From Octopus sinensis (Eukaryota), in NCBI RefSeq assembly GCF_006345805.1, contig NC_042999.1, positions 165,664,001 to 165,728,000 on the forward strand: DNA of 64,000 nt. Direction: 5' to 3'. Every line of letters starts with the position of its first letter. The first letter of the stretch is position 1. The notes beneath the pieces were generated by a model that saw nothing but the letters and a program-made list of their open reading frames with translations, made no database searches and was not told the DNA's origin. A program made the translations under genes and the position numbers. This document shows, one piece after another, positions 51,255-64,000 of this stretch.

Positions 51255-51455
51255 GTAAGCCCTGTTGTTACCTTCAAATGACAGCCTCCTGCTGGCTTTG
51301 TTGAGCAGGCCAACAATGGCCCCTGATCAGAAGGGGGGGACTGAAGCAACATGAAATGAAGTGTTTTGCTCAAGAACAAAATGCACCACCCAAACCGGTA
51401 GTCAAACTCAAAATCCTGCAATCGTGAGTGCAACAGCCGAACCACTGGTCCACAA
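51255..51455 (-). mobile_element. SINE family D head
   Basis: Reverse complement of a tRNA-like head gtggttcggctgttgcactcacgattgcaggattttgagtttgac...ttcttgagcaaaacacttc. Confidence 0.55.
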
Positions 51456-51479
51456 GCTTTCACATATAAACAGATCTTA

Positions 51480-51722
51480 TACAACATGTTTTACCGATAT
51501 ATTTTTTTACCTACAACATTTTTTTACCTCCACAGACTAAATATGGCTTTGTGCTAAAACTGATGGCAATGTGGAATTATTGCACCGAGTTCACATGACT
51601 CTTGCAAAGTGCATCAACCTTTGCATCACAAATGGTGGAAATCATATTGAAGATGTTATTTGTGAATATTCCAATCAAATAAAACGGTATTGAAAATTTT
51701 ACATGTACTTCTTGAAAATATA
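51480..51722. mobile_element. Tc1/mariner terminal remnant
   Basis: Ends ttttgggacatcctg|TA (TIR type CAGGGTGTCCC); second copy at 57110-57528. Confidence 0.65.
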
Positions 51723-52019
51723 CATTTTGCCTATGTGTCCAGACTTTTGGGACATCCTGTAGTTCCACCAATCAGTTCACCAAGTCACGAGACACAGGCA
51801 CCATGCCAATCTGGTTCAGTTACACGCCACAGTCCACCAAGCAGTCCACTTAGCTCAGGGATTGGAAACTTCTTTTGGCAATGGCCCACTTCTGATTTTT
51901 TTTTCTTACATCTGCCCTTAGATCACATGCAAATAATATCATATCACATGTACAAAAATATTCCCAGATACCCCTGTCCCATTTCCATTATTAACACAAT
52001 GTTTATGTAAGTATGTATT

Positions 52020-52235
52020 GGTTTCAAATTCTGGCACAAGGCCAGCAATTCCAGGGGAAATGATAAGTTGATTACATCAATCCTAGTGCTCAACTGGTAC
52101 TTATTTTATCAGCCCAGAAAGGACAAACGGTAAAGTCAACCTCAGCAGAATTTGAACTCAGAACAGAAAGGTGGATGAAATGCTGCTAAGCATTTTGCCC
52201 GGCTTGCTAATGATTCTGCCTGCTCATCGCTCTTA
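52020..52235 (-). mobile_element. SINE family C
   Basis: ggtttcaaattctggcacaagg...caactggtacttatttt...gaatttgaactcag. Confidence 0.7.
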
Positions 52236-52339
52236 TGTAAGTACATATTAACCCTTTAGTATTTAAACTGACCCTGTCCAGCTAAAATATTCTACTTGTT
52301 TTATGTTCAAACTGGCCAGATTCAGCCTCTCACACCTAT

Positions 52340-53105
52340 CCTACAATGCAGCATCTTGGCAGCTAACAACTGATGCAGGTAGTTTGTCCCATGCTTCAGC
52401 AACTGTGAGCATGAAAAAATGTTTCCATAAGTCATGGGAGCTGTGCTGTTTTCTGACTTTGTAGGGCATGCCCCTCATGTACGTTAGACACATGGAGTTG
52501 CAAAAGGTGCGCAAGGTGGTCATTGGCATGATGGTTAATAATTTTGTGGGTGTTTACGAAGCCAGTTGCCAGACGCTGGGAGCTTCACTGTATCTATGCC
52601 CATGGAAGGCATTCAGAGTACGGTAGATGCCTGATGGAGGGTATTCACTTGGCTGCATGTCTCTGATCAGTTTCTAGGAGGTCAATGTCCTGAGTAAGAT
52701 AGGGGTTCCAGACTGGTGATACAAATTTCAAGTGTGGCCAAACCATAGCCATATACAGCCTTAAATAGACAGCTGGAGAGCGGCTAACAAAGGTCTTGCT
52801 GAGTGAATCCACGACACCCTCAGCCTTCTTGATGATTTTAAAGATGTGCTTAGTTCAGCGCAAATTGCTGCTGACAAGTCACATTCACAAGACTTTCTGA
52901 TATTAGTGTTGTGGAGAGAGTATGTGGATGCTGAGTTTTTCCTCCCAAATGCATGGTGGTACACTTGTCCACAGCCAGTTTGAGTTGCCAGTCCATGATC
53001 CATTATTACATTGTGTCCAGGTAGGTCTGATTGCAGGAAAGATTTATAGTGTTCAGGATCTGTCCTTTTTATCTAAAGGTACAGCTTGATGTCATCTGCA
53101 TATTT
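52340..53105 (-). mobile_element. CR1/L2-group LINE fragment, same family as 950-1899
   Basis: Shares acagcttgatgtcatctgcatatttc, cacttgtccacagccag and ccagactggtgat with the 950-1899 copy. Confidence 0.85.
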
Positions 53106-53979
53106 CAGCACTGTGGCAGTCTTTAAGTTGGCATATTCACATTGTTTTGAATTAATCCTGCATTATCTCATGACTGAGATTTTGATGATGAGATTATATA
53201 TATTTTAGAATAACATTACAGAATATATGTGCGATGCCAGGGCTGGCCAGTTTGAACATAAAACAGATAGAATGTTTGGGCCACATCTGGGGCCAGTTTA
53301 AATGCTAAAAGGGTAAACATTGCTGAAACAACTATGTTTGACATTTCAATGCCTTCCATAGGATTAAATATGCAGCCATGAAACTATTTCTATCTAGGAA
53401 GACTGAAGCAAGCAGAGTTAGTTATTAACCCCAGGTCAGATCTGATTGAGAAGACTGATGATCAGAAACATTCCAGCCTTGACTATCCCATATTTTGCAT
53501 ATACAGAACTGCACTGATCAACATCTCCTTCCTGCTTTAATATGGTAAGGTTTGATTTTGAGAGACATTTCACCACTATGCCTAACAGGCCAAGCAACCA
53601 TTTAAAGGTTCTCTTATTGGCCCAACTTGCCAGATTCTGAATGGGAAATGAGGACAGACAAAACATATTTCTACATCTGCCAATAGTTGCAGTTATGAGT
53701 AAAAGATGTTGAGAAAAACCGTAGAGACAATACATGCACGATCTGAAACAACAGGGAAACCTCTAAGTAGTAGCTCAATCTGCTATAAATAGTAGCCAAA
53801 TTTCCCTCACTTTATATCACATCCAGTTGTCTTGCAAAAGATAGTGCACATTGAAAAATATAGCCTTGGATAAGTCAGGTAAAACAAGGATGAGACGATA
53901 AGAGCTGGAAATCCTTTGTTCATAGGTTTACTAGAATAAGGTTGATCTGAGATTAATCAACATGTAATATTGTAGCAGA

Positions 53980-54185
53980 AAGGCAGTGAGCTGGCAGAAT
54001 TGCTAGCATGATGGGCAAAATGTTTAGCAGCATTTCGTCTACCTTCACGTTCTTAGTTCAAATTCCACCAAGTCTGAATTTGCCTGTCATCCTTTCAGGG
54101 TCAATAAAATAAGTAGCAGATGAGTGCTGGAGTCAATGTAACTGACTTACCCACTCCCCCAAAATTGTTGGCTTTGTGCCAAAAT
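53980..54185 (+). mobile_element. SINE family C
   Basis: aaggcagtgagctggcagaattgctagc...ggagtcaatgtaac. Confidence 0.75.
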
Positions 54186-54366
54186 TATTTGCAATCAATA
54201 GTATAACACAAACATAACTATCACATATTCCATATGTTATACAGAATGGATGAGATTTTAATGCTTAGGTTCCCAGCTGAGACAATGGAAGGAGGGAAAA
54301 GAACAACTATGGGAAGATGAAACAGAAAGAAAAGGAAGCCATAGAGTAAAAAGGTATTACACTTAC

Positions 54367-54459
54367 CCTGTAGATAATATTAGGGTAGAAAGAACATACA
54401 ATAGCTTCTTTGTAAAGATTTGGGTATTTGGTAAACAACTGGCTGAGAACAACAACAGT
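54367..54459 (-). CDS. GDE1: GDE1 exon (exon 4 equivalent), 93 nt
   Basis: catgttacag|ACT...AGG|gtaagt. Translates TVVVLSQLFTKYPNLYKEAIVCSFYPNIIYR, matching GDE1 FPQLY...VVCSFLPEVIYK. Confidence 0.95.
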
Positions 54460-56403
54460 CTGTAACATGAGAAATATATCATTAGTAGGAAGTAATCATG
54501 AATGAATTATAAGTAAAAGGTTATTCAATAACAATATATATATATATGTATGTGCTGCACAATCACAGGCACCTGTATACATACGCATATATATATATAT
54601 ACATACAATGGTTTTACCATTTTTAAAGGCCAAGAATCAACTCATCACTTTCTATTGAAAGAACTGACCAGCTGTAAAGATGTAAACGAATTTTTTCTTC
54701 TTTCTCTCTTCCTCCTCTTTTCCATTGACACTCCTTTCAGATACACAGACACACACACACACACTCTCTCTCACTTTCTCCCCATTCCTCACCCTCTTTT
54801 ACTATCTATACTATATAGATATAAAGTATAGATGCAATAAAAAAATATTTTATGAACCCCTGTTGAGAACCACTGGTTTCGTGGGAAAATCGAGGTTGTT
54901 TCTGATGTTTTGATTATTCAGGTTAGCATAAGGTTAGAGACTTTAAGAAATATCAGTAAAATTGAGATTATGCTATGTTCATGCTTTTTGCAAAAAAGAT
55001 TAATGATGTCTATAAAAAGTAATGGGAATGGAAACCAAATGGTAAATTCTATTGATGAAGACCTATTTCATAGAACTTGGCACATATTTAGCCCAGTACA
55101 TCTCTCCTATATCTTATACTGGTTTAGAGATTGCTGCTTACTCAGTTTCATAACAGCTAACCTCAAACTGCCAATAGCTTCCCTTAGTAACCAGCAGTTT
55201 GCCTCAGCTGTACTGATAACAGAATTCACCAATTCTGCTGCAAGGCACTTGCATGGTTGTATGGTAAAAAGTTCATTTCATAACCATTTGGCTTTAGGCT
55301 CCATTCCACTGCATGGCATCTTGGGCATGTGTCTTCTACTAGAGCCTTGGGCTGGTTACTGTCATGTGTGCGTGCATGCGTGTATGTGTGTGCGTGCATG
55401 CGAGTATGTGTGTGTGCACGTGCGTGTGTGTGCACATGTGTGTGTGTACATGCAAAAGTTTACTTCTGTGTGTCTTCCCATGATACCATTTAAGCAATAG
55501 TGCATTTACATCTTTTCCAAACAATATATCCTGTAGATTTGATGTGGGAAGACTGTCAGAGTAAGAATACCTTATCTGGAATTCAAGTAAGGGTTGAAAA
55601 GAAGAAGGGCGTCCAGTTACAGAATGCTGCCTCAATCAGTCTTATGTAACCAATTGCAGCAAATAAAAAATGGATGTAAAAATGACAACAACAATGTACA
55701 TCCACTGCCTGTATGGCTGATCTTCACCTAACTGCGGTACCTGTCCCCAGCTATCATAATGATATAAACTATGAACTCCCCGCATTGTCTCAACTGCCTC
55801 GATAATTTTACACATGGTGTAAGATCAATATAGTTTACTTAATATCAACTAAAATATATTACTAAAAGATCCTTCCATGTATAGACAAAGACACAAGTCA
55901 AACATAATCACATATACAGAAACACTTTCAAGTAATAATATTCAATATGAGTACGAACCTTGTAGTATGCCATCTAAAGCCCATTCTCTGTATTTGGCTA
56001 CCTGATGTCTTCAACAGTATGGAAGTATATGCCACTGGATTTACTCCAGGAATTCCTTTGTATCCATAAGAGTTTATAAAATATGAGAGAAAGCAAATGG
56101 AATTGATGAAAGTCATCCTTATTCACCATGAGTGCTTCAACCCATCATGCACAGGTGCCTAGCAGGTGAGATACTGTACAAACACTTGGGGTGTATCATA
56201 CGTGCAGATGTGTCTGATCAGGTGACTTGTCAAAAGGTACCTTATTTTTTAATCTCTGTTTCACCTATTTTGATTAGAATACATTTTGTTACTTGTGGTT
56301 CACTACTCATACACAGGGTTTCCCTAAGATCTGGCCACATAGGAAATCTCATTAAGTATAATTTTTTACCTATATATATATATATTATATATATATATAT
56401 ATA

Positions 56404-56605
56404 ATGGGAAGGTTTACGAAAATAAACAAAAGACGAAGGCAGGTGGAGTACAAACAAACAAATGTCTTAGTATGGCGCTCAGAAATAAAAATAGAACAAG
56501 TCTTTTACGTTTCGAGCCTACGCTCTTCGACAGAAAGATACACAGAAAAAAAACAAGGAGAGAAAAAAATGTGTGTAGGAGCTAACGATCTATCATGGCG
56601 TCCTG
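56404..56605 (-). mobile_element. Solo PLE terminal repeat fragment
   Basis: Same terminus as 3572-3720 and 20150-20307; abuts (TA)n. Confidence 0.7.
56501..56538 (-). ncRNA. Minimal hammerhead-like motif with variant core
   Basis: Minus strand tcttt-CTGTCGA-A-GAGC-GTAG-GCTC-GAAA-CG-TA^aaaga; 5-bp stem I, 4-bp stem II. Confidence 0.65.
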
Positions 56606-56639
56606 AATATATATATTATATATATTCTATATACTCTTT

Positions 56640-56846
56640 TACTCTTTTACTTGTTTCAATCATTTGACTGTGGCCATGCTGGAGCACTGCCTTTAATCAA
56701 GCAACTCGACCCTGGCACTTATTCTTTGTAAGCCCAGTACTTATTCTATCGGTCTCTTTTGCCGAACCACTAAGTGACGGGGACATAAACACACTAGCAT
56801 CGGTTGTCAAGCAATGCTAGGGGGACAAACACAGACACACAAACAT

Positions 56847-56905
<59 letters not shown>

Positions 56906-57095
56906 ATAATATATATATATATAAATATATATATATGACGGGCTTCTTTCAGTTTCCGTCTACCAAATCCACTCACAAGGCTTTGGTTGGCCCGAGGCTA
57001 TAGTAGAAGACACTTTCCCAAGATGCCACGCAGTGGGACTGAACCCGGAACCATGTGGTTGGTAAACAAGCTACTTACCACACAGCCACTCCTGC
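56640..57095 (-). mobile_element. Full-length young SINE family B
   Basis: Head ggcgcaggagtggctgtgtggtaagtagc at about 57095, central (TA)n, tail ...gaaacaagtaaaagagt. Confidence 0.9.
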
Positions 57096-57190
57096 GCCTA
57101 TATATTATATTTTACCTATATATTATTACCTACAACATTTTTTTACCTCCACAGATTGGCTTTGTGCTAAAATTAAGAGTAGTGTGGAAT

Positions 57191-57340
57191 CAGGGCCAGT
57201 CCCAGGGTGGCTGAACTTGAGCACCCTTACAAGTATGATTTTTTAAAACTTTCACAAGGAGAAAAACTGAAAATGTAGATTAAAAAGCACACGGCACCCT
57301 GGGTGATGACCTGAGTTGCTGGTACCTTGAGCTGGGCCTG
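57191..57340. mobile_element. hAT MITE nested in a Tc1/mariner remnant (57110-57528)
   Basis: Ends cagggccag / ctgggcctg; 8-bp TSD tgtggaat / tgtggagt; the sibling element has a single tgtggaat at 51570-51577. Confidence 0.8.
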
Positions 57341-57610
57341 TGTGGAGTTATTGCATGGGACTCATATAAATCTTGCAAAGCACATAGACTTTTGCATCAC
57401 AAATGGTGGAAATCATGTTGAAGATGTTATTTGTTAATATTCCAATTGAATAAATTGTTGTTGAAATTTTTCAGGTATTTCTAGAAAATATACATTTTGC
57501 CTGTGTCCAGACTTTAGGGACACCCTGAACACCAGAAACACATACAAACTCTAACACACACACACACACACACACACGCACACCACACCACACAATAGGA
57601 AGGCAATTAC

Positions 57611-57716
57611 CTCAGCTGCACTCCTCTTGCAGTCAATAAACATTTTTAGCTTCAATTGTAAGCAAACCATAACAGCTTCCTCCAGTTGTGGGACCCTCAC
57701 TTTTCCATAACTGGCC
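57611..57716 (-). CDS. GDE1: GDE1 exon (exon 3 equivalent), 106 nt
   Basis: ttctattctag|G...GAG|gtaatt. Translates (R)ASYGKVRVPQLEEAVMVCLQLKLKMFIDCKRSAAE, matching GDE1 KIPTLxEAV...FFDVK. Phase is compatible with both neighbouring exons. Confidence 0.93.
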
Positions 57717-59744
57717 CTAGAATAGAAAACAGAACAAGAGAGAACATGAAAATACACACAAACACACACACATATATACAAATACACATAAGCATACATG
57801 CAAGAAGTAAGGTGTGAGGTTGGTTTTGTTAGTGTGGCAGGTTAGCTTTGAGCAAGTAAAACAACCCAAAACTTTTTTTGTTTCTACGGTGACCGAAATA
57901 TGGTTTGCAGACATCACTGTCCACAATCCACAACAACAGAGTCCATTATGTGTTTGCTCTGTGGCAACACTGTACAGCTTGTGAAAGGCAGAAACACTTA
58001 TTACATCCTGTGAACAGACAATGATTCTTTATAGCTCCAGGTGAAATCTAGATAGATAAACACAGGCAAAAACTACAGCTGTTGCTTCTCAGAACCTTAG
58101 TTTAAAATAGACATTTAGGAATCTACTTTGTTAGTGACAGAATGCAATTCTTGTATCAATCGTGCTTCTTTCTTGTACCAAGAAAACATCCACTTTAGGA
58201 TATTATTGTTGTCTCTATTCAGTCGTGCAAAGTAAAAGGAAAACAACCGCCAAACGTCACATGCTTGTTGCTGACTAATGATAGATGACTGATTGTTCAC
58301 AGACCCTCCCCACACACGCATATGAAATATCAGGAAGAATATAACAGATGAAAACTGAGGGAAACATTATATAATGGTCAGACTGTGAGACCAATCGAAT
58401 TTAAACATAAAATAGAATATTTGTATGCCTCGTTACTTCTTTGTTGATAAAATCTCATTAATTTGGAAAGTATTTTCCCAGATAAAACGTGGAAAATAAT
58501 GCCAGTTATTCGGAACCAGCAATGTCACCAACTTGGTCTCTAGAAGCAACATTACAAGGAAATGATCAACGGATAACCTTCTCTGTTGCTGATAATGTAA
58601 AGGTTACGTGACATATACACCAGTGGCCATGAAACAGCATTAACTAACATTCATGCTAATGAGGATTATTTTTAATCTCACTGTTGTTCTATAATGTATA
58701 ACATCCTCTTCTTGAGAAAAAATGTCTTCAATGTAAGACACATGTTTGAACAGCCTCTAAAGTTTGTTTTGCTTTGTGTTTTGTTTTGTTTAAGTAGGAG
58801 GGAAGGGCAGTGCTTCTGACCTTTTACAAGGCAGCCAAGATTGATGGGAGGAAGGGGAAATGCATCCCCAAACTGAAAACCTAGAGCAAATGCCATTAAA
58901 AGTACCCAAGAACCAGGTGGTGGTGCTACACCATGAGACATTTAGGAAAATGAACAGCAAAGTTTTCCAATTATATATTTGGAGTTATATAATGGACCCA
59001 AGCAGTGCATCCATTAGATTACTGCATAATACGTTAAGGAGGAAATTTCAGAGATACAAAGCACTCAATACATACACTGGTTTATTTACAAGCCAGGGTA
59101 TCAACCTCATCTGTGTTTTATGTTTGCCAATAAGTATAATGAATGGAAGTTTGTCAATGATGAGTTGTATGTTTTATAATGGCTGTCATTAGTTGATGAC
59201 AATGACACTAGCATATATGTTGAACTTCAGACTATGTACAGTATCTGTAAACAAAATATCTCTAATTAAAATCAATAAAGTAGTCAGAGAGCTACAATAG
59301 ATTGTACAGTCACAACGCTATGCTTGCTCCAGCTGGGCTCACCGACATATGCCCCAGGACATCTGAGATACACATTATAGAGTCAATCTTGTTATCAGAA
59401 AAGATGCTATTGCTGCTCTTCTATCTCAAGCACTGATTACAACACAGACACAACTGAACTTATCAGCCAGTTCTACTGAACTTTTGTAACAGTGGATAGA
59501 CTTTGGACATAGGTTTCTTCACGCTGATAGCAATCTCTATATTTACAGACTTATTATCAGTTCCTCTCAGCTGAGGATACAATTGATGTTTTTAAACAGA
59601 AGATATGTGTACTGGTGTGCCACGGAACAAAAGAGAGATTAGTATTCTGAGAGGAACCATTCAATTTTATAGCAAATCAGACCCTCATTAGCCTACCAAC
59701 CCTGGTAATTATCCATATTAAGAAATTAGAATGACTTAAAATGA

Positions 59745-60000
59745 GCATCATCATCATTATTATCATTCTTTAGCGTACATTTTCCATACTGGCATGGGTT
59801 GGACGGTTTGACCAGAACTGACAAGCTAGAGGAGTTGCACCTGGCTCCAGGCTGTTCTGGCATGGTTTCTACAGCTGGATGCCCTTCCTAATGCCAACCA
59901 CTTTACAATGTGTGTGCTGGGTGCTTTTAACGTGGCACCAGCACAAGCACTTCTACATGGCACCAGCACAAGTGTTTTTTATGCGGCACCAGCACAGAAC
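59745..60000 (-). mobile_element. SINE family A
   Basis: (CAT)n + ttagcgtacatttccatactggcatgggttggacgg...cctaatgccaaccac. Confidence 0.8.
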
Positions 60001-60183
60001 TGCTGCAAGCCAATCCTCTTCATGTGGCAATAAATTAGATAAAATGAGAGAAACAAACAAAAGATAATGAAACTGACCTCATGTAGACACTTAAACTATG
60101 TTAAACTAGGTTTATTGAGAACATCGAGTTAGAAAATCTCCAAACATATTTATTAGCACAAAGAAAACTATCAGCAAATATAC

Positions 60184-60359
60184 CTGTGTTTATGTTTAGC
60201 TGCAGCATTCAAGTCAAGAATTTCTTCGAGGGTGTGGTCGCGTACAAAACCTGTTCCATTTGTGGTGCGATCAAGGGTTTCATCGTGCATAACAATAGGA
60301 TAACAGTCTCCAGTAAATTCAAGGTCAAATTCGACAGCAACTGCACCATTTTTCTTAGC
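60184..60359 (-). CDS. GDE1: Glycerophosphodiester phosphodiesterase 1, internal exon (equivalent to human exon 2), 176 nt
   Basis: ttttctag|GCT...CACAG|gtatat. Translates AKKNGAVAVEFDLEFTGDCYPIVMHDETLDRTTNGTGFVRDHTLEEILDLNAAAKHKH, with the GDPD motifs VExD and MHDxTxDRTTxG. Not in the ORF track because it lacks a start codon. Confidence 0.95.
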
Positions 60360-62714
60360 CTAGAAAAGAAAATTCAATTAGAGACGAAATATTTTGGTAC
60401 AAACATAATTCTTCTTTCGTACTCTACTGGATATTTTAATATCAAATCTCAGACTGCCCACATCATCAAGAATTTTACACTCTGATACTCTTTATGGCTA
60501 CTTGTTAGATACAACCCCACCCACCAACCCTGCCCTCCCCCCCCCCCACACACACACACAAACACACACAGTATAATCATACAAGTTTCAATCATACAAC
60601 AAAAGTCCTATGGTTGTTTAGGACCCAAAACACATTTACTACAGTAGAAACATTTTGAAACCAAAATGTTAAACTGTTTTCTACCTGAGAATCATACTAA
60701 GGTATACACCTGTCTGTGGAATATGTTACGACATTACACCTTTGTTCAATCAACAGGTACTGTAGTAAATCAAACCATTGGATACTCATACATTGAAATT
60801 GAGGGGAAAGTTCTTAAAATGGTTAGGTGTCATTTGAGAGTGATTTAGTTGCTTATTCTAGCAGATTAAGGGACCACATGAAGCTTTCCTAACTCGCTCA
60901 TTGCCTTTATTACTGATAGTTGAAATAATACACAAATTTTAGTTAGTAAACCTCTCCAGTTCACTGTTCGCAAATTTGACTTATTTGATTAATATCATTG
61001 ACTGGATTTTTGCTGACAAAACCCAACACTAATCTCGTCAGTTTTTACTAATTAACTGTATTCAATAGTGCTTATCATTGTGTTAACAATAACAGGTCAT
61101 TTGCCTCACTCCAAATAGCAACCAAGTTACATGACATGAAGGTATGTAGCTTGAGATTTACATATTTCAGAAAGGAAGGATATTTTAGATAACAGTCCCA
61201 GATAAAGAAAAAGACAGGATGACCGTCACTGGAACACCATTAATCATAAATCTGCTCGATTAAAACTGACTTGGAAATATACAACTACTTCATCTATTAA
61301 GTAAATAATCATGAACTTAAATACTTATAAATACCTGTAATGATGTTTGAGACGGTAATGTAGATTTCCTAAGTGTCTAGTTTAAAAAAAGGATTCTGAG
61401 AAGTAACAGCTGAGGCTTTTGCCCAGGTTTGTCTATGCAGATTTCTGATCAAGCTATTACATCCTGTCTGTTTATAGGCTGTAATAATTTTGTTTTCAAA
61501 CAAAAGGGAACGCAGTGTAAATAACGGACAGAGTCAAAACTATTGAAAAGGTTGCAAAATACAACGAAAATTTTAGGAAAATAAAAATAAGAAATAAGTG
61601 GAAATTTTACCGGTGAGTGTGTTATATTATAAGGCACAAAAAGAAAATGACTCTCCCCAGACACAACAGAATATTTGTTTAACTATAATAATAACGTATG
61701 CATATTTTATTTTGTCCTTCTGATAATAAAACATAACAGATCCTCATTTATAGTTTAACAGTAAGCATGGCTTCAGCATTCTGATTGGATTTGAAGCAGA
61801 AGTGTTTTGAAATGTGCATGAATATTTATATGCAACATTTATGTACACAGTTGCATGTATACGTTGTGTAATTGTGTTTGTGTTTGCCTACATACATTAT
61901 ATATGTAATAATAATATATAAATATATATATAATAATGTATAAATATATGCATATATACATACATATATGTACATATCTACATATATATATGTATATATG
62001 GTTACATGAAAGAACATGAGCAACGAGAGAGAGAGAGAGGACTCCCTCCTTCACTGTTCCCTCTCTCTCTATCTCTCTCATTCTTCCTCCTTGACTCTCT
62101 CGTTGCTCATATATATGCATATATGGGTACAGGACTTCAAAAAAATGTAGACAAAATGAGAAACGAGAACAAAAACCACAAAAACATGGGAAATGAACTT
62201 TTTTCGAATAACAAAACAAACAGAGAAACGAGACATACAGAACATTCCCTTCATCAGTTGTCCCCTGTTTTATCTACTCCGCATTTTGAAGGTAAGGACA
62301 AAATGCAACATCATTAAAACAGTCCTTCCCACAAAGGAAATCAAATTTTGGATTTTTTGCGGAGGGTGAAAGTGGTAACAAAAACAGGACAGTGAGAACA
62401 AAACAGTAAAAAACGAACGGTGAGGGTTGTTAAGCCAAGACGATGTGAAGTGGTGAACGATGGAAAAACGAGCTTTGAGAAGAGACAGACAAAAGTATGT
62501 TTTGTCTTTAGGAAGGAAGTAGAAGAAAGAAAGATGGATGGTCGTTGGTCACATATGAGCAACAAGAGAGTCAAGGAGGAAGAGTGAGAGAGAGAGAGAG
62601 GGAATGGTGAAGGGGAGAGTCCCTCTCTCTCTCACACTCTTCCTCCTTGACTCTCTTGTTGCTCATTTTCTTTCCTGCCAATAAACAGGTGAATTAGATG
62701 AATGGTTGATTTTT

Positions 62715-62900
62715 TTCTTTTACTTGTTTCAATCATTGGACTGAGGCCATGCTGGAGCACTGCTTTGAAGGATTTAGTCAAACAAATTGACTCCAGTACT
62801 TATATTTATAAGTTTTATTCAAATCAGTTACTTTTGGTGAAATTGCTGGATTACAGCAACATAAACAAACCAACACTGATTGTCAGGATGTAGGAGGAGG
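62715..62900 (-). mobile_element. SINE family B, 3' half
   Basis: cttttacttgtttcaatcattggactgaggccatgctggagcactgc. Confidence 0.7.
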
Positions 62901-62924
62901 AACGAACACAAGGTCACACATGCA

Positions 62925-63290
62925 CAAGTGTGGCTGTGCGGTAAGAAGCTTGATTCCTAACCATGTGGTCCCAGGGTTTAGTCCCAGTGCATGGCACCTT
63001 GGGCAAGTGTCTTCTACTCTAGCCTTGGGACAACCAAAACCTTGTGAGTGGATTTGGTAGGCAGAAACTGAATTTGTCTGTATTTGTCCCCCACCACTGC
63101 TTGACACCCAGTGTTGGTGTATCTGTATCTCCATAACTTAGCAGTTCAGCAAAAGAGACTGATAGATTAAGTACCAGGTTTAAAAAGAAAAAGAAGTACT
63201 GAAGTTGATTCATTTAGCTAAAAATTCCTCAAGGCAGTGCTCCAGCATGGCTGCAGTCTAGTGGCTGAAACAAGTAAAAGATAAAAGATA
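62925..63290 (+). mobile_element. SINE family B
   Basis: gtgtggctgtgcggtaagaagc...gtggctgaaacaagtaaaagataaaagata. Confidence 0.8.
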
Positions 63291-64000
63291 AAAGACCCAT
63301 GCACACACCAGAAGAGTTATTTGATATGGCCTTGAAAGAATTTGAGAGAAAATCTTTCAATGGCACACGTGAGTACTTGAAAACATTCTTACTGCTAAAA
63401 CTGTGAGCAATATTTTTTTGATTGTCTGACACTCCTTCAATATAACAATCCCTTTTCAACATGTCAAAATGTAGCTAGTATTATTTTACTAGGAGGCTAC
63501 CAAAGAATATTTTTTCTGGACATCATGACTTTGCACTGGGTTCTTTTTTTATAATGTTGCTTTGAAAAACAGTGTGAGTGTCATTGATAAATGACAAAGC
63601 AAAATCAGGTCAAGTTTTTAGAATTGTATTATAATTGTTTAACATTTTGGCAGAGTGAGCAAGTCAATAATATCGAATCCAATACTTTATTAACTCATCC
63701 TTTATTTTATGAAAGGCAAAGCTGACTTCATGATTTGAACTTAGAACATAAAGAACTAGAAGAAATGCCATTATTTTATTCAATGTGCTAACCAGTCTAC
63801 CAGCTCACTGCCTTTAGAACTGCATATAATATTGTACACAAAGATAGGCCATACACAAATATGTCTTATGATATTGAAATGAAAGACAGGGATGGTCATA
63901 ATTTAGGACATGTTCTACACCCTTGTAAGACATATACATATGTTGCACATGTCAAAGGGAATCAAATGTGAAAACACCAGTAAAAGATATAATTACCAAA

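Noticed and set aside
58678-59192. Overlapping 87-aa and 110-aa ORFs in a GDE1 intron
   Set aside because: No recognisable domain or exon structure; length is compatible with chance.
62180-62270. Minus-strand CTGATGA...GAAA as another hammerhead
   Set aside because: It needs a long unpaired stem II loop, and stems I and III pair poorly.
63229-63462. ORF containing IAHS, considered as GDE1 exon 1 (IAHRG)
   Set aside because: No HRG or APENT motif and it runs into a SINE; exon 1 is probably beyond the window.

Overview
Eukaryotic, AT-rich, repeat-dominated DNA. The SINE and microsatellite landscape looks like Octopus (coleoid cephalopod); this is recalled from pattern, not database-checked. 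Two convergent protein-coding genes are supported. (1) GDE1-type glycerophosphodiester phosphodiesterase on the minus strand: five exons (60359-60184, 57716-57611, 54459-54367, 47458-47244, 45258-45132) with GT-AG sites and a continuous frame; the first coding exon was not found and probably lies beyond 64000. (2) The last coding exon of CFAP300/C11orf70 on the plus strand (39093-39209); I could not find its upstream exons in the preceding 39 kb. The rest is mobile DNA: several SINE families, CR1, RTE and R4/NeSL-like LINE fragments, Penelope-like elements (PLEs), Helitrons, mariner/hAT/piggyBac-type remnants and MITEs, a 165-bp satellite and many microsatellites. The most interesting items are minimal hammerhead-ribozyme motifs at PLE ends (one family with an unusual CUGUNGA core), an apparently identical 693-bp tandem dimer carrying one such motif per unit, a Helitron cluster with a PIF1 fragment and adjoining satellite, and an ~845-bp foldback of a CR1 fragment. 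Nearly all ORFs in the supplied track are spurious. No CRISPR, tRNA or rRNA genes were seen. Repeat boundaries are approximate unless termini are quoted.
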